NCBI GenBank assembly: GCA_965261485.1
Contig: CBDHCY010000005.1
Span: 1,484,901-1,548,900, forward strand
Reading direction: 5' to 3'
Origin: Leptospiria bacterium
GTDB lineage: Bacteria > Spirochaetota > Leptospiria > Turneriellales > CBDBES01
Length of the DNA: 64,000 nt
The notes under the pieces are model-generated. The model was not told the DNA's origin. It saw nothing but the letters and a program-made list of their open reading frames with translations, and did not search any database. Below, in pieces: positions 50,193-58,991 of the stretch (positions are counted from its first letter, which is position 1; each line of letters opens with the position of its first letter). The position numbers were made by a program, and so were the translations under genes.

Positions 50193-52122
50193 TTATTGAC
50201 TTTCGTAAGCACCCATATCTATGCTACTGCCTACAATACGAGCCTTGCCTGCTAGGTCGGTGGCACCTGCTGGGAATAAAGGCATCCCAGGAGGCCCATT
50301 ACTACCCGCATCAATCGCAGGTGAAGTCGCCATTAAACGTAAATCGTCATCAAACAGAGGGTCAGCGTCAATATTATTACCACCATCGCCATTATTGCCA
50401 GTGCTATCATCACCGTCATTATCGTCGCCACAACTACTAGTGCCCATTGCCCAAGTGGAACCACTAGCACCACAACCTTGAATCAAGCTGTGTGAAATAT
50501 TAATTATCCTATTATTAGTAGACGATCTGTTACTGCAAATATTCTGATTACCTCGGAAACTCCCTCCAGTACAAGTGCCCGCTGTATTGCCCCACATAAT
50601 GACATTAGTCAAGGTGACGGTATTTTCATTTTGAAAAAAAGCAGCTCCCCCAGCATCAGTAGCCGTATTATTTGAAAAGACAACATTATTTAAAGTGAAA
50701 TTAACAGCCGCCCTATCACTCTGCAGACCGCCACCATTAACATCAGACGTATTATCTGAAAAGACAACATTCTCTAAAATTCCATCATACCCCTCATTAT
50801 ACAGACCGCCGCCGCCCAGCCTAAAGCCGTTTGGGTCAACGCTTGCATTGCCTGAAAAAAAAACATTACTTAAATTAATAGTACTACCAACACTAGAAGA
50901 TAGTAATAGACCACCGCCACCATTAGCCGTATTACCGAAGAAAATAATATTACTCAAAGTTACATTATCATTATTTACATTACGCATACCGCCACCAAAA
51001 GCATTCCTTGGCACATTAATATCAGAACCATTTGATTGACCAGCTGTAATCGTAAAGCCCTCTAAAGTTGTATTAGACGCCCCTATAACAACCGTATAAC
51101 TATTACTACCCACAATGTGACTAGCATTTTCTATAATGCCATCATCATTAGAATCAGTATCGTCACCACCAATGTCACCGCTGAGAATAGTTTTATTCAC
51201 CCGCCAGTTACGCTGACTCAATGAATGCTCTGTACCCACGAAACCACCATAGACCTTGACCTTTGATACCAATTGAAAAGTAGCATTTCTATCAGAAGTT
51301 GTAGACGTAGGCTTATAAACACCTTTAGCCACCACAATCTTATTAGTGGCTACAGAAGATGTTAACGCTGAGTTTAGAGAGCTATAAGCATTCGACCAAC
51401 TCGTGCCATCACCCGTACCACTAGCAGCAGCATTCACAAAAATAATTTTACCTGATCGTCTTGTTGCTTCAATCTCAACACCCGCAGCGTAATTATGGCT
51501 TGCATCATAAGCAAAAATTTTATAATAGTAAGAAGTGCCTACCGTTGCGGTACTAACGCCGAAATCAGAAGAATTTGCACTCTGCACCACCTCTGAGCTA
51601 TCAATATCATCACCAACCGTATATTCTGTACCAGCACTAGGGGCGTCTACTATTGAGACTGTGTTTCTTAAGATTAAAACACCAGAGAAATCAGCATCCG
51701 CTGGGTTCATCCAAGTGATTACATTTAATAAGTCTCCAAAAGCAACGCCACTCACCACAGCTGGTGGCTCTGTATCTGTTGGATCAGGAATCGTTGGCAT
51801 ATTCGGATTTGTTCCGCCGGGATTCTTTCCACCGGGATTTGTTGGGTCAGGATTTTTCCCACTGGGCTCTATTGGCACAGCCGGACCTTTAGCATCGTCA
51901 GAGCAAGAGACGTTAAAGGCAAAAAAAATAAGGATTAATAATAAACCTTGAGTAACCTTGAGTAACCTTGAGTAACCTTGAGTAACCTTGAGTAACCTTG
52001 AGTAACCTTGAGTAACCTTGAGTAACCTTGAGTAACCTTGAGTAACCTTGAGTAACCTTGAGTAACCTTGAGTAACCTTGAGTAACCTTTTGAGTTGATT
52101 TAAGTGCTTTTAATAGTTTCAT
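50193..52122 (-). CDS. P4: phase-variable beta-helix surface lipoprotein paralog, currently OFF
   Basis: Body ORF 50193-51878 (561 aa, ends IDMGAYESQ*) plus leader ORF 51913-52122 (MKLLKALKSTQKVTQGYSRLLKV...FIINPYFFCL*). Confidence 0.8.
51946..52089 (-). repeat. decamer tract, 14 perfect copies of CCTTGAGTAA
   Basis: Counted directly: units run from 51946 to 52085, followed by CCTTTTGAG. Confidence 0.95.
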
Positions 52123-52126
52123 GTCT

Positions 52127-52155
52127 TCTTATCGTACACTAAAACAGTCTGTCAA
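52127..52155 (-). promoter_or_regulatory. candidate promoter of P4 (TTGACA-17-ATAAGA)
   Basis: Minus strand reads TTGACAgactgttttagtgtacgATAAGAagacATG. The -10 is at 52132-52127 and the -35 at 52155-52150. Confidence 0.35.
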
Positions 52156-52212
52156 TAAAAAAATGTTTTTTTGATAATTTCTGAATACTTTGAAATTTAA
52201 AGACATCTAATT

Positions 52213-52422
52213 AAATTCAAATGGAGGTTCAGCCTACTTTTTTATTGTTATAGTGGCGGCATTGGCAGAGCTTCATAAAGCATCCACCAAATTCAAATCG
52301 AAAGTGGAAAATTGAGAGTTCAGCCTACTTTTTTATTGTTATAGCGGTGGCATTGGCTGAGCTTCATAAGCACCCATCAAATTCAAATTGAAAATTGAAA
52401 ATGGAAGGTTCAGATTACTTTT
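52213..52422 (-). repeat. 3'-tail cassette array A5 (2 units) downstream of P5
   Basis: Units at about 52248 and about 52342 (TATAGTGGCGGCATTGGCAGAGCTTCATAAAGCATCC and TATAGCGGTGGCATTGGCTGAGCTTCATAAGCACCC). Confidence 0.85.
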
Positions 52423-54315
52423 TTATTGACTTTCGTAAGCACCCATATCTATGCTATTGCCTACAATACGAGCCTTGCCTGCTAGGTCTAGGGCACCAGT
52501 TGCGAATAAAGGCATTCCAGTAGGCCCATTACTACCCGCATCAATCGCGGGTGAACCCGCCTTTAAACGTAAACCATCATCGGCCGTACCAAAAATATTA
52601 TCAGCACCATTGGGGTCATCAGCGTCTGCAAACAGAGGGTTATTACTATCAATATTATTACCAGTATTACCAGAAGCACAACTATTAGCATGCGTTGATG
52701 CCCACCAATTGGTATCCGTGCTACAACCTTGAATCAGGCTGTGTGAAATAGTAACTGCAACAAGCATACCGCCGCTACAAAAATTAGCATTACCTTTGGC
52801 ACTGTTTCCAGTACAAGCCATCGCCGTATTGCCCCACATAATGACATTAGTCAAAGTAAGATCAGCAGAAGCATTTGACAGACCGCCACCAGTAGTACCA
52901 GACTCATTGCCTGAGAAAATAACATTACTCAAAGTTAAACGAGGACTAGCATTACGCATACCGCCACCAAAAACAGCAGACTTATTGTCTGAGAAAATAA
53001 TATTACTCAAAGTTAAACTGAAATCAGAACTAGACAAACCGCCGCCACCAAAAGAGCTAACACGCTGATTACTGGCTGTATTGCCCGAGAAAATAATATT
53101 ACTCAAAATTAAATTCCTACCAACATTGTACATACCGCCGCCAGAATCGGCTGTATTGCCTGAGAAAATAATATTACTCAAAATTAAATTATCACTAGAA
53201 CTATGCATACCGCCCCCCAGAATAACGACACCAATACCCCTACTGGCATTTGATTGACCAGCTGTAATCGTAAAGCCCTCTAAAGTTGTATCACCCGCCC
53301 CTGTAACAACCGTATAACTATTACTACCATTAATATCGCTAGTAGCTGTGGTGCTACCAGAACTAACTCGATTGGTCGTTTCTGTAACGCCATCAGCATT
53401 AACCGTGTCATTATTATCAATGTCACCGCTGAGAATAGTTTTATTCATCCGCCAGTTACGCTCACTTAATAAAGTATCTGCGACATCAAAACCACCATAG
53501 ACCTTGACCCCTGATATCAATTGAAAAGTAGCACTTCTATCAGAAACTGAAGGTGGAGACACTAAAGGCATCGCAAGTGTAGTAGGCTTATAAACACCTT
53601 TAGCCACCACAATTTTATCACCAGTGGTGGCGACGACTCCTTCAGCAGGAGGTTTTAACACCGACCGTAGATCGCTATAAGCATTCGACCAACTCGTGCC
53701 ATCACCCGTACCACTAGCAGCAGCATTCACAAAAATAGTCTTATCAGAACTTTTTGTTGCTTCGATCTCAACACCCGCGGCGTAATTATGGCTTGCATCA
53801 TATGCGAAGATTTTATAATAGTAAGAAGTGCCCATCGTTGCGGCACTAACGCCGAAATCAGAAGAATTTGCACTCTGCACCACCTCTGAGCTACCAATAT
53901 CACCACCAACCGTATATTCTTTACCAACACTAGGAGCGTCGTCTGTTATTGAGACTGTATTTCTTAAGATTAAAACCCCAGAGAAATCAGCATCTGTCGG
54001 GTTTGCCCAAACAATCACGTTTAAGTCTCCAAAAGTAGCACCACTCACCACAGCTGGTGGCTCTGTATCTGTTGGATCAGGAATCGTTGGCATATTCGGA
54101 TTTGTTCCGCCGGGATTCTTTCCACCGGGATCTGTTGGGTCAGGGTTCTTTCCGCCGGGCTGTGTTGGCACAGCCGGATCTTTAGCATCGTCAGAGCAAG
54201 AGACGTTAAAGGCAAAAAAAATAAGGATTAATAATAAACCTTGAGTAACCTTGAGTAACCTTGAGTAACCTTGAGTAACCTTTTGAGTTGATTTAAGTGC
54301 TTTTAATAGTTTCAT
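52423..54315 (-). CDS. P5: beta-helix surface lipoprotein paralog, intact and in frame (ON)
   Basis: Single 630-aa ORF: MKLLKALKSTQKVTQGYSRLLKVTQG-LLLILIFFAFNVSC|SDDAKDPAVPTQPGGKNPDP..., followed by the Fn3-like block, FSGN/GGG repeats and a C-terminal ...IDMGAYESQ*. The decamer tract has 4 units. Confidence 0.88.
   Translation of the reverse strand: MKLLKALKSTQKVTQGYSRLLKVTQGLLLILIFFAFNVSCSDDAKDPAVPTQPGGKNPDPTDPGGKNPGGTNPNMPTIPDPTDTEPPAVVSGATFGDLNVIVWANPTDADFSGVLILRNTVSITDDAPSVGKEYTVGGDIGSSEVVQSANSSDFGVSAATMGTSYYYKIFAYDASHNYAAGVEIEATKSSDKTIFVNAAASGTGDGTSWSNAYSDLRSVLKPPAEGVVATTGDKIVVAKGVYKPTTLAMPLVSPPSVSDRSATFQLISGVKVYGGFDVADTLLSERNWRMNKTILSGDIDNNDTVNADGVTETTNRVSSGSTTATSDINGSNSYTVVTGAGDTTLEGFTITAGQSNASRGIGVVILGGGMHSSSDNLILSNIIFSGNTADSGGGMYNVGRNLILSNIIFSGNTASNQRVSSFGGGGLSSSDFSLTLSNIIFSDNKSAVFGGGMRNASPRLTLSNVIFSGNESGTTGGGLSNASADLTLTNVIMWGNTAMACTGNSAKGNANFCSGGMLVAVTISHSLIQGCSTDTNWWASTHANSCASGNTGNNIDSNNPLFADADDPNGADNIFGTADDGLRLKAGSPAIDAGSNGPTGMPLFATGALDLAGKARIVGNSIDMGAYESQ
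54239..54282 (-). repeat. decamer tract, 4 perfect copies of CCTTGAGTAA
   Basis: Counted directly: units run from 54239 to 54278, followed by CCTTTTGAG. Confidence 0.95.
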
Positions 54316-54319
54316 GTCT

Positions 54320-54348
54320 TCTTATCGTACACTAAAACAGTCTGTCAA
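54320..54348 (-). promoter_or_regulatory. candidate promoter of P5 (TTGACA-17-ATAAGA)
   Basis: Same sequence as the P4 promoter. The -10 is at 54325-54320 and the -35 at 54348-54343. Confidence 0.35.
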
Positions 54349-54404
54349 TAAAAAAATGTTTTTTTGATAATTTCTGAATACTTTGAAATTTAAAGACATC
54401 TAAT

Positions 54405-54547
54405 TAAATTCAAATGGAGGTTCAGCCTACTTTTTATTGTGATAGTGGCGGCACATTGGCTGAGCTTCATAAAGCATCCACCAAATTCAAATTGAAAGTT
54501 CAAAATGGAAAATTGAAAGTTGAGAGTTCAGAGTTCAGATTACTTTT
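54405..54547 (-). repeat. 3'-tail cassette array A6 (1 unit) downstream of P6
   Basis: One unit at about 54441 (GATAGTGGCGGCACATTGGCTGAGCTTCATAAAGCATCC), followed by hexamer-rich spacer. Confidence 0.8.
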
Positions 54548-56656
54548 TTATTGACTTTCGTAAGCACCCATATCTATGCTACTGCCTACAATACGAGGGT
54601 TGCCGGCTAGGTCTAGGGCACCAGTTACGAATAAAACTTTCGTATTATCACTAGGATCAACATTACTACCCGCATCAATCGCGGGTGAACCCGCCCTTAA
54701 ACGTAAATCGTCATCAAACAGAGGGTCAGCGTCAATGTTATTACCACCATCAGTGCCGCATCTACTGAGATTAGTTGCTGAGCTCCAAATGGAAGAACCA
54801 CTAACACCACAATCTTGAATCAAGCTATGTGAAATAGTAGGCTGTACATTGAAGGTGCAAAAATTAACATTACCCTTAAAATTGTCTCCAGTACAAGCAG
54901 CCCCTGTATTGCCCCACATAATGACATTGGTCAAGATAGCAACAGCACTTCCAGTATTTTTGCGAATTTGACTTCCTCCACCTACATTAGTAGCTGTATT
55001 GTTTGAAAAAACAACATTAGTCAAGGTTAAATTAGCATCAACACTTTGTATACCGCCACCAAAACTGGCCATATTGCCTGAAAAAGCAACATTGGTTAAA
55101 ATAGCACCACCACCACGAATAGTAAGACCACCTCCACCCAAAATAGTAGCTGTATTGTTTGAAAAAACAATATTAGTTAAGGTTAAATTATCACTACCCT
55201 TAGCATAAAAACCGCCACCAACATTGGCTGCATTGCCTGAAAAAGTAATATTAGTTAAAGTTAAATTATGATTATCTATATTATACACGCCACCACCCCT
55301 ATTAATATAATTACCGGTACCTGCAGGAGCATTTGATTGACCAGCTGTAATCGTAAAACCGTCTAGAATGGCATCGCTCGCCCCTGTAACAACTGTATAA
55401 CTATTATTAGCGATTACAGTCATCATACCACCAGCATCCACCATTTCGGTACCCTTAATGTCATCAGCATTTTCTATAATGCCATCACGATTAGAATCAG
55501 TATCGTCACCACCAATGTCACCGCTGAGAATAGTTTTATTCACCCGCCAGTTACGCTCACTTAACGAGGCATCTGCGACATCAAAACCACCATAGACCTT
55601 GACATTTGATATCAATTGAAAGGTAGCATTTCTCCCAAGAGTTGAAAGTGTAGACCTAGGCTTATAAATACCTTTAGCCACCACAATCTGAACTGGTAGA
55701 GTCTCAGTCGCATCATCAGCTATTTTAGATTCTAACGCTGAGTTTAGGGAGCTGTAAGCATTCGACCAACTCGTGCCATCACCCGTGCCACTCGCAGCAA
55801 CATTCACAAAAATAATTTTATCAGAGATTTTCGTTGCAGAGATCTCAAAACCTGTGGCATAGTTACGGTTTGTATCATAAGTGAAGATTTTATAATAATA
55901 CTTTTTATAACGGTAAGGAATATTTTCTCCATCCTGTTCCCTTATATCTGTGAGGTCAAAGTCAAGAGATTTTGCATCGTGCACCACCTCTGAGGCACCA
56001 ATTGAAACACCAACCGTATATTCTTTACCAGCACTAGGGGCGTCTACTATTGAGCTTGTATTTCTTAAAATTAAAACTTTAGAGAAATCAGCATCTGTTG
56101 GGTTTAACCAAGTGATTTTGTTCGTGAAATCACTAAAAGTAACATCGCTCACCTCAGCTGGTGGCACTGTATCTGTCGGATTGGTTTTTGTCGAACCAGG
56201 TGTTTTGTAGTCAGCCAGTGCTGGTATATATTTATTAACCTTAGTCTGAACACCGTTGTTGTAGTAGAGATAAGTGTCACAGACAAAGATTTTATAAAAA
56301 TAAACGACATCCTCTACAACTTCTGTGTCTCTAAAAGTTGGTGCGGCTGCGTTATAGGCTACCCGTGAGGCTCCCATTGCGGTGAAGACAGGATAATCTC
56401 GCCAAGGTCTAGGAAAACCTTGGATAGCACTTGTATTCTTTAAGATTAGAACCTTATTGTAGATGTTACGGCCTCTACTCGCAGGATTCTTCCATGCTAG
56501 GGTTATCCCGCTTGAATTACGATTAACGGTAAGATCTGTGACTTCTGGTAGAGGGTCATCCAACCCATTCAAAAAATATGCACGACCAATTTTAGTGCAA
56601 TGCAGGAAAATCAGTAGGAAAAAAAAACTTATAAAAAATAGAAATCTTGAGTTCAT
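54548..56656 (-). CDS. P6: beta-helix surface protein paralog, long form with a duplicated Fn3-like domain and no decamer switch
   Basis: 702-aa intact ORF. It has a different signal peptide (MNSRFLFFISFFFLLIFLHC), two Fn3-like modules (…VYFYKIFVCDTYLYY and …YYYKIFTYDTNRNY), TLTN[IV]xFSxNxA..GGG repeats, and ends IDMGAYESQ*. Confidence 0.85.
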   Translation of the reverse strand: MNSRFLFFISFFFLLIFLHCTKIGRAYFLNGLDDPLPEVTDLTVNRNSSGITLAWKNPASRGRNIYNKVLILKNTSAIQGFPRPWRDYPVFTAMGASRVAYNAAAPTFRDTEVVEDVVYFYKIFVCDTYLYYNNGVQTKVNKYIPALADYKTPGSTKTNPTDTVPPAEVSDVTFSDFTNKITWLNPTDADFSKVLILRNTSSIVDAPSAGKEYTVGVSIGASEVVHDAKSLDFDLTDIREQDGENIPYRYKKYYYKIFTYDTNRNYATGFEISATKISDKIIFVNVAASGTGDGTSWSNAYSSLNSALESKIADDATETLPVQIVVAKGIYKPRSTLSTLGRNATFQLISNVKVYGGFDVADASLSERNWRVNKTILSGDIGGDDTDSNRDGIIENADDIKGTEMVDAGGMMTVIANNSYTVVTGASDAILDGFTITAGQSNAPAGTGNYINRGGGVYNIDNHNLTLTNITFSGNAANVGGGFYAKGSDNLTLTNIVFSNNTATILGGGGLTIRGGGAILTNVAFSGNMASFGGGIQSVDANLTLTNVVFSNNTATNVGGGSQIRKNTGSAVAILTNVIMWGNTGAACTGDNFKGNVNFCTFNVQPTISHSLIQDCGVSGSSIWSSATNLSRCGTDGGNNIDADPLFDDDLRLRAGSPAIDAGSNVDPSDNTKVLFVTGALDLAGNPRIVGSSIDMGAYESQ

Positions 56657-56846
56657 TTAAAGTTTTTAATAGACTTATACTCTCTATAAGCACAATCATC
56701 GTAGACTAAAATAGCCGGTCAAGAAAAAATATTTTTTTGATAATTTATGAATACCTTGGAATTTAAAGACATCTAATTAAAATAGTAATACCATTACTGG
56801 TTTATATAATAAAAAAATTATCTAAATCTACAGTTTGGTGGTATTA

Positions 56847-58979
56847 TTAATTCTCTAAGTGAAAGACTAATTGCATATTATCCCAATCAGATTTAATGTA
56901 TTGAACGTTGAGATCTTCACCAAACATGACCGTTTTACTATACTTTGTTAAAACAACCTGATATTCACTAGGACAAATCATCTTTGATCTGCCGTTAAAA
57001 CTACCCACGGGGATAAATCCTTCGATAAAAGGCGTATTTAACATAATAAATAAACCAGCTTGATTAAAACCAGTGAAACGAGCGATAAAAGACCTGCCTA
57101 TTTTATTTTTTAATAGATTGATCGATAATAATTTAAACATATCACGCTCTGCCTCCAAAGCTAATCGCTCTTTTTTAGATGCATGAAGCGAAATTTCTTT
57201 TAATTCACTCTCTTTATAAGAGAACTTTCTATTTTTTTGCCAAGTTAAAATTTGTCTGTGTAATACGAGATCAGAATATCTGCGGATGGGAGAAGTAAAA
57301 TGTGCATAATCTAAGAACCCTAAACCCCAGTGTCCTCTAGGCTTAGACTCGTAATTAGCCTGCATAAAAGAACGTAAAAGAGCATAAGAGAATATTTCTT
57401 TAAACTTTTGAGTTGTGAATGAATGCATTGCATCATTTAACGCACTATAATTTATATCTTTTAATTGAAAGCGGTTACCCAAAAGTTTGAGTAATTGATT
57501 AAGGCTAGATAACTTCGCTTTATCCATAGATTCATGCACTCTATAAATTGAAGAGATCTTACTAAATCGACATAATCTTGCAGCAGCAATATTAGCTATT
57601 AACATAAATTCTTCGATAAGCTGATGTGATTTCAATTGTTCCTTTTGTTCCACGGTAATAGGCTTATCTTGGCGATCAAAAACCATTTCAGAATCAGAAA
57701 TATTAAGGTTAATTCCGCCTTTTTTTAAACGAGCCGATCTTAATCTTTGGGCAAAATCCCAAAATATTTTAAGAGGTTTACTCTTACGCTTAATCTCTTT
57801 TTCCGCCTCGGAGTAAGTAAATCGCTGATCTATATAAACAATAGACCTATAGAAGGTTGAATTAATTACTTGAAGATTGCTATTGAAATTTATCTCACAA
57901 GTTAAAGTGAGACGTTTTGTTTTTGGTTTAAGGCTACAATATTCTTCTGAAAGTATATTAGGGAGCATAGGGAGTACAAAGGGTTTAAGATAATAAGAAT
58001 TACTTCGTTCAAAAGCCATAGTATCAAGCTCAGAACCCTTTTCTAAAAAATAAGAAACATCAGCAATGTGAACATATACTCGCGTATGACTCCCCTCTTT
58101 TTCTATAGAAATAGCATCGTCAAAGTCTTTAGCATCATCACCATCAATCGTACAAGTATAAAGTTTTTTTAGGTCTCTTCTCTCTTTATCTTTTAGCCCT
58201 GATTGAAATCGCTGACGGAGAGTTTTTTTAGTGGGGATTCCATTCTTTGAATAATTTAATTGGAGAGCATACTTTAAAGCGATTCTTCGCAAAGCAAGGC
58301 TGCTATGTTTAGAAGATAATTTTTCAACTAAAGAACAAGTGTGAATTTTTTGAATACGTGGACCAAAATCCATAGGTATAGGTGTAGAAACCATGTCATG
58401 TTCGACATATACTTCAAGATAATCTCCCTCTGTAAGCTTTACTTTTGGATTTATTTTTAAAGCTGAAAATGGTTGATCAGGCATATCGATCAAAGTTATA
58501 AGATAAAACTTTGCTGTTTTTTTAAAAACCTTACCTATAAAATTATTTGTAAAACTTTTAATAATTTTAACTACTTCACCTTCATAGCGATTTCTACTCT
58601 TATTTGTAATCTTGACCATGATTTGATCTCGTGCCTTCGCTCCGCCTCTTTTAAAATTTGAAATAAAAATATCAGAAATCCCATTGCTTAAACCAAAACC
58701 GGAGCCCGACCTAGAAACAGCCAGACTCGTTTGAACAAGAAAAGGTTTTTTAATTAAAAACTTTTTGGATCTTTTATCTACTAATTTAAAACTCATCAAC
58801 TCAGACATTAATATATTCAGATTGAAATCTTGAGATGAAGAATGTCTACTAAATTTAACTCTTTTTTTTCTTCTAAAAGAATATTCTTTTTCTAAACTTT
58901 GTTTGATCTCATGATAAGTTAGCTCCTCCCCTTGATGATTAGCCAGATAGTCTAAAACAAACTTATAACTCAAACTCAC
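56847..58979 (-). CDS. rnr: ribonuclease R
   Basis: RNB domain signature HFTSPIRRYSDLVLHR, an N-terminal winged-helix/CSD-like region and a C-terminal S1-like region. Length 710 aa. Confidence 0.9.
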   Translation of the reverse strand: MSLSYKFVLDYLANHQGEELTYHEIKQSLEKEYSFRRKKRVKFSRHSSSQDFNLNILMSELMSFKLVDKRSKKFLIKKPFLVQTSLAVSRSGSGFGLSNGISDIFISNFKRGGAKARDQIMVKITNKSRNRYEGEVVKIIKSFTNNFIGKVFKKTAKFYLITLIDMPDQPFSALKINPKVKLTEGDYLEVYVEHDMVSTPIPMDFGPRIQKIHTCSLVEKLSSKHSSLALRRIALKYALQLNYSKNGIPTKKTLRQRFQSGLKDKERRDLKKLYTCTIDGDDAKDFDDAISIEKEGSHTRVYVHIADVSYFLEKGSELDTMAFERSNSYYLKPFVLPMLPNILSEEYCSLKPKTKRLTLTCEINFNSNLQVINSTFYRSIVYIDQRFTYSEAEKEIKRKSKPLKIFWDFAQRLRSARLKKGGINLNISDSEMVFDRQDKPITVEQKEQLKSHQLIEEFMLIANIAAARLCRFSKISSIYRVHESMDKAKLSSLNQLLKLLGNRFQLKDINYSALNDAMHSFTTQKFKEIFSYALLRSFMQANYESKPRGHWGLGFLDYAHFTSPIRRYSDLVLHRQILTWQKNRKFSYKESELKEISLHASKKERLALEAERDMFKLLSINLLKNKIGRSFIARFTGFNQAGLFIMLNTPFIEGFIPVGSFNGRSKMICPSEYQVVLTKYSKTVMFGEDLNVQYIKSDWDNMQLVFHLEN

Positions 58980-58991
58980 AAAATCTAACCT

